From contig JACPIH010000011.1 in assembly GCA_016188155.1 (NCBI GenBank), positions 1 to 57,337 on the forward strand: 57,337 nucleotides of DNA, given 5' to 3'. Source of the DNA: Candidatus Woesearchaeota archaeon (lineage in GTDB: Archaea > Nanobdellota > Nanobdellia > Woesearchaeales > UBA10216). Positions 53,986 through 57,337 of this stretch are shown in pieces (the stretch's first letter is position 1; each line of letters begins with the position of its first letter). The position numbers and the translations under genes were made by a program. The notes beneath the pieces are model-generated. The model did not search any database. It worked only from the letters and a program-made list of their open reading frames with translations, and was not told the origin of the DNA.

Positions 53986-55671
53986 ATGGCAATGGCTGAG
54001 GCGGTTTCTAAGGTTAGCCCTTATGCGGGTGGGATTGCCCTGTTGCAGCAGCCAGCTGCAGCATTACCTGAAGCCGGGCAGCCTGCACCGGCAGGCCAGG
54101 CAGCCATAACGATTGGTGAAAAGGGCGCTCCTGAGTTCTTCATTGATTTGAGGCCCAGGTTTGTGAAGCTTCCTGACATCAGCGAGAAGGAAAAGATTAA
54201 CATCCGTTACCCGCTGCTGCCGCCTTATGCCTTTGCCCACATCTACTGGGACAATACTGCAAAGGAGCTTTTGTACTCTGTTGAGGAGGTGCTCCTTACC
54301 GATACGGAAAAGGAGCTTCTGAAGCTTATCCAGCTTGGCCTTGAGGAGATGATTAACATCAGCTACGCCTACGCCTCAAAGTCTGAGCTTATCATCAAGT
54401 ACCTTGAGAAAAATGTCCAGTCTATCCTGGCTGAGCTTGGCGCAAAGGTCTCAAAGCAGTCTTACCTGAAGATAATGTATTATGTCTACAGGGACTTTGT
54501 CGGGCTTAATGAGATTGAGCCGATGATGCACGATTTCTACATTGAGGATGTTGAGTGCAACGGCAGTGAATCGCCTATCTACATTGTCCACAGGCGCTAC
54601 CAGAACATGAGGACCAATGTGGTCTTCTCGGACATGAAGCGCCTTACTGACTTTGTTGAAAAGCTCGCGCAAAAGACAGGGCGCTACGTCAGCTTTGCCA
54701 AGCCGCTTCTGGACGGCACTTTGCCTGACGGGTCCAGGGTAAATGCCACTTACACCAGCGATGTAACCACCCATGGGCCTACCTTTACGATTAGGAAGTT
54801 TACAAAGGATCCGCTAACGCCTGTTCACCTGCTGGGCTACAAGACAGCGAGCCCTGAGATTTTCGGCTTCTTTTGGCTGGCTATTGAGCACAAGTTCAAC
54901 ATCATGGCTATTGGCGAGACCGCCTCTGGCAAGACAACACTTCTTAATTCAATCCTGCAGTTTGTTCCTCCTGAGGCGAGGATTGTTTCCATTGAGGATA
55001 CTCGCGAATTGAACCTTGCCCATGATAACTGGATTCCTGCTGTGGCAAGGGTCGGATTCGGCATCCCTAACCTTCTTGGCAAGCAGTATGGCGAGATAAG
55101 CCTCTTCGACCTTTTGAGGGAGACGTTCAGGCAAAACCCTGATTATGTGGTTGTGGGCGAGGTCAGGGGCAAGGAAACCTACGTCCTGTTCCAGGGCATG
55201 GCGAGCGGGCATCCAAGTTTCAGCACTTTCCACGCTGCTTCTGTTGAAACCCTGGTAAGGAGGCTTGAGACTCCGCCGATTAACCTGCCTGCTTCCCTTG
55301 TTGACTCGCTTGACATTGTCTGCAGCGTTATCCACATCAAGGACCAGAGGAGGAATATGAGGAGGGTTAAGGATGTCAAGGAGATAATTGAGGTCAAGCA
55401 GCAGGTTGGCACTATTGATTCAAACACGCTTTTTGAGTGGAACCAGATTGAGGACAAGTTTGTTTACAACGGCAATTCCCATATCATGGCCATAATAAGC
55501 AAGAGGACAGGCATCACCATTAAGGAGCTTGAGGAGGAAATAAGGCGCCGTGGGCTGCTCCTGACGAAGATGCTTGAGCGCAACCTTACCCATTACAGGG
55601 ACGTTACAAAGTATGTTAACGAGTATTATAAGGAACCTCAGTCTGTTTTGAAAGTTTTTGGCATAAAGTGA
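53986..55671 (+). CDS. Type II/IV secretion system ATPase (FlaI/PilB/TadA-like)
   Basis: Walker A GETASGKTT, Asp box SIEDTRE, Walker B RQNPDYVVVGEVRG and His box GH..STFHA. Confidence 0.95.
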   Translation: MAMAEAVSKVSPYAGGIALLQQPAAALPEAGQPAPAGQAAITIGEKGAPEFFIDLRPRFVKLPDISEKEKINIRYPLLPPYAFAHIYWDNTAKELLYSVEEVLLTDTEKELLKLIQLGLEEMINISYAYASKSELIIKYLEKNVQSILAELGAKVSKQSYLKIMYYVYRDFVGLNEIEPMMHDFYIEDVECNGSESPIYIVHRRYQNMRTNVVFSDMKRLTDFVEKLAQKTGRYVSFAKPLLDGTLPDGSRVNATYTSDVTTHGPTFTIRKFTKDPLTPVHLLGYKTASPEIFGFFWLAIEHKFNIMAIGETASGKTTLLNSILQFVPPEARIVSIEDTRELNLAHDNWIPAVARVGFGIPNLLGKQYGEISLFDLLRETFRQNPDYVVVGEVRGKETYVLFQGMASGHPSFSTFHAASVETLVRRLETPPINLPASLVDSLDIVCSVIHIKDQRRNMRRVKDVKEIIEVKQQVGTIDSNTLFEWNQIEDKFVYNGNSHIMAIISKRTGITIKELEEEIRRRGLLLTKMLERNLTHYRDVTKYVNEYYKEPQSVLKVFGIK

Positions 55672-55695
55672 GTTTAAGTCTTAATTTAAAGCAAA

Positions 55696-55956
55696 ATGGA
55701 AAAAGGGAAAACAGCTTCGGCTTCTGCAGCCCAGTCCAGGTCTCTGCTTAGGGAGCTGGCTGGCGTGGCTGATGGCATTTCAAAGACAAGTGCTCTGGCA
55801 GGGCTTTATGAGAAGTATGCAAACTCCGATTTAAGGAGCCAGGCTGAGCTTGAGGAAGCGCAGCGCGAGATGAAAGTCATAAAAAGCGAGATACTTTCTG
55901 AACTGATGCGTGCACGTGGCATTTTACAGAAATTGCAGAAAGAGCATGAGGCATAA
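55696..55956 (+). CDS. Small coiled-coil hypothetical protein
   Basis: 86-aa ORF within the operon; its stop overlaps the next ATG (TAATG). Confidence 0.5.
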   Translation: MEKGKTASASAAQSRSLLRELAGVADGISKTSALAGLYEKYANSDLRSQAELEEAQREMKVIKSEILSELMRARGILQKLQKEHEA

Positions 55957-57337
55957 TGACGCATAAAAACGCGCAGCAGCTGCTTGGGGAGGTTGCCGAG
56001 TTTCTTAAGGAGCTTGAGGTTTATGCTGCGCAGAGGGATTCTTTTCTTGCTGACCTCAAAAGGGTTGATAGGGAGTACCAGGAGGGAAGGTATGGCTACC
56101 TTAGGTATGAGGAAAAGCAGAAGGCCCTGCTCAGGGGCCGAAGCAGGGAAGAGTGGGCAAGCTATTATGCTGCCTGCATTTACTCCCTGCTTAAGAAAGC
56201 CGAGTTCGTAGTTTCTCAGGTAATTGCCCTGGTTTATGATGACAGCTCTTTCAGCGCTCTGAGAGTGAGCGGCGCAGCCCAGCGTGCCGGAACAGTTTCA
56301 GCAGTTAAGGCACAAGCACAAATCGAGCGAACAGCATCGGCTGCTGCCGATGCTGTGATGCAGCCGGCTGCCGGAGCTAAGGCAGAATCAGGGGCGGCGA
56401 AGGTTGAGGTGTTTAACATTGACAATGAGATTGGCCGCCTTAAGAGGCTGCTTGCTTCAAGGAATGTGAGCCCTGAGCAGCTTGAGGAACTTGCCGGGGA
56501 TGGCAGCAGGACTGAACGTGCAGCAAAGCTGGCGGAGACCGTTGGCAGGCTTAGGGCCAGCATTCCAAGGTTTGAAGATGTTGCAAAGGATATTGAGGAT
56601 GCTGAGAGGAAGGCTGAAAAGCTGCGCTCAGAAAGGGCGCGCCTGGCGCTTAAGAAAAAGCGGCCTTTATCGCCTTTGGCTGCTAAATTAGCTGCTAAAA
56701 TTTCTGCAACGGGCAAGTTCAGCTTACTGACGCCAATTTCGGCAGCCGTGAAAGCTGCGCTTAAGATGATCATTGATGTTCCTGTGACTGCTGCCAGGTC
56801 CTTGCAGGGCATTGCGAAACTGCTGCCTGGAAAGAAGGCGAAGGCAATGTTTGAGCCGGTTGCAGCCGCTGTTTCTAAGAAGCAGGCCAGGCAGATCGGG
56901 CTTCCTCAGGCTGCTCCCCAGAAGGAGAATGTTCTTTCTGCAGTTGGCCAGCTGCTTGGCCAGAAAAAGAAGAAAGGCATTTTTGTTGAGGAAATCGTTG
57001 AGATGGAAAAACGGGCCAAGGTTAGCGAGGCAGCTCCGCTGGCCGAGCGTAAGGAGCCGGCTGGCCTGGCATTCGGGTGGTTCTCTGGCAAGGGCATGCT
57101 TCGGGAAATAACTGAGAAGTTCAGGTCCAAGCAGGAGCCGATACTTGCCGAGAGGACTGCCATTCCCGTGCACATGAAGAAGCTTAAGGAGATGCGCCGG
57201 AAGATTTACGAGGAGGAGCGCCTGTCAGGCTTTGACACGACCTTGCTTGCCCAGGAGGCAAGGAGGATTAAGAAGATTCTTGAGGTTGAGAAGCCTGAGG
57301 TGTATCAGGGAAGCTCTGTCGGGCTGATTGCCAACCT
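55956..57337 (+). CDS. 3'-partial protein, possibly the long cytoplasmic N-terminus of a T2SS-F/TadC-like platform protein
   Basis: Frame from ATG 55956 (MTHKNAQQLLGEVAEFLKELE...) appears open to the window end. Function is inferred only from position after the ATPase. Confidence 0.55.
   Translation, partial: MTHKNAQQLLGEVAEFLKELEVYAAQRDSFLADLKRVDREYQEGRYGYLRYEEKQKALLRGRSREEWASYYAACIYSLLKKAEFVVSQVIALVYDDSSFSALRVSGAAQRAGTVSAVKAQAQIERTASAAADAVMQPAAGAKAESGAAKVEVFNIDNEIGRLKRLLASRNVSPEQLEELAGDGSRTERAAKLAETVGRLRASIPRFEDVAKDIEDAERKAEKLRSERARLALKKKRPLSPLAAKLAAKISATGKFSLLTPISAAVKAALKMIIDVPVTAARSLQGIAKLLPGKKAKAMFEPVAAAVSKKQARQIGLPQAAPQKENVLSAVGQLLGQKKKKGIFVEEIVEMEKRAKVSEAAPLAERKEPAGLAFGWFSGKGMLREITEKFRSKQEPILAERTAIPVHMKKLKEMRRKIYEEERLSGFDTTLLAQEARRIKKILEVEKPEVYQGSSVGLIAN

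Noticed and set aside
55984-57175. Short ORFs listed near the window end
   Set aside because: They overlap the long open frame starting at 55956 that runs off the window.
1-57337. Integron, prophage or IS element explaining the TA cassettes
   Set aside because: No integrase, transposase or viral hallmark gene is recognisable in the window.

Overview
This is an archaeal genomic window, most consistent with a DPANN (Woesearchaeota-like) lineage. That assignment is inferred from the psmB-fttA gene pair, BRE/TATA promoters, class III signal peptides and gene content. The window is a large surface-structure (type IV pilus-like) locus with an A24 prepilin peptidase, several pilin-like genes, a secretion ATPase and a Cys-rich secreted protein. 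It also carries what appears to be one giant gene of about 31.6 kb (about 10,500 aa) with 22 LamG domains, split here into four pieces by frameshifting micro-deletions. Eight toxin-antitoxin-like pairs are interspersed. The most unusual structure is that the promoter/start segment of a surface-protein gene is duplicated as a direct repeat around cargo at three separate places. In the clearest case, three copies of the giant adhesin's leader alternate with PIN toxins, each translationally coupled to a truncated leader and paired with a convergent, unannotated 40-45 aa protein. Other observations are REP-like bulged hairpins, a structured intergenic region, candidate non-canonical ATT/ACG starts and a catalytically degenerate HIT pair. 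Several frameshifts may be assembly artefacts.
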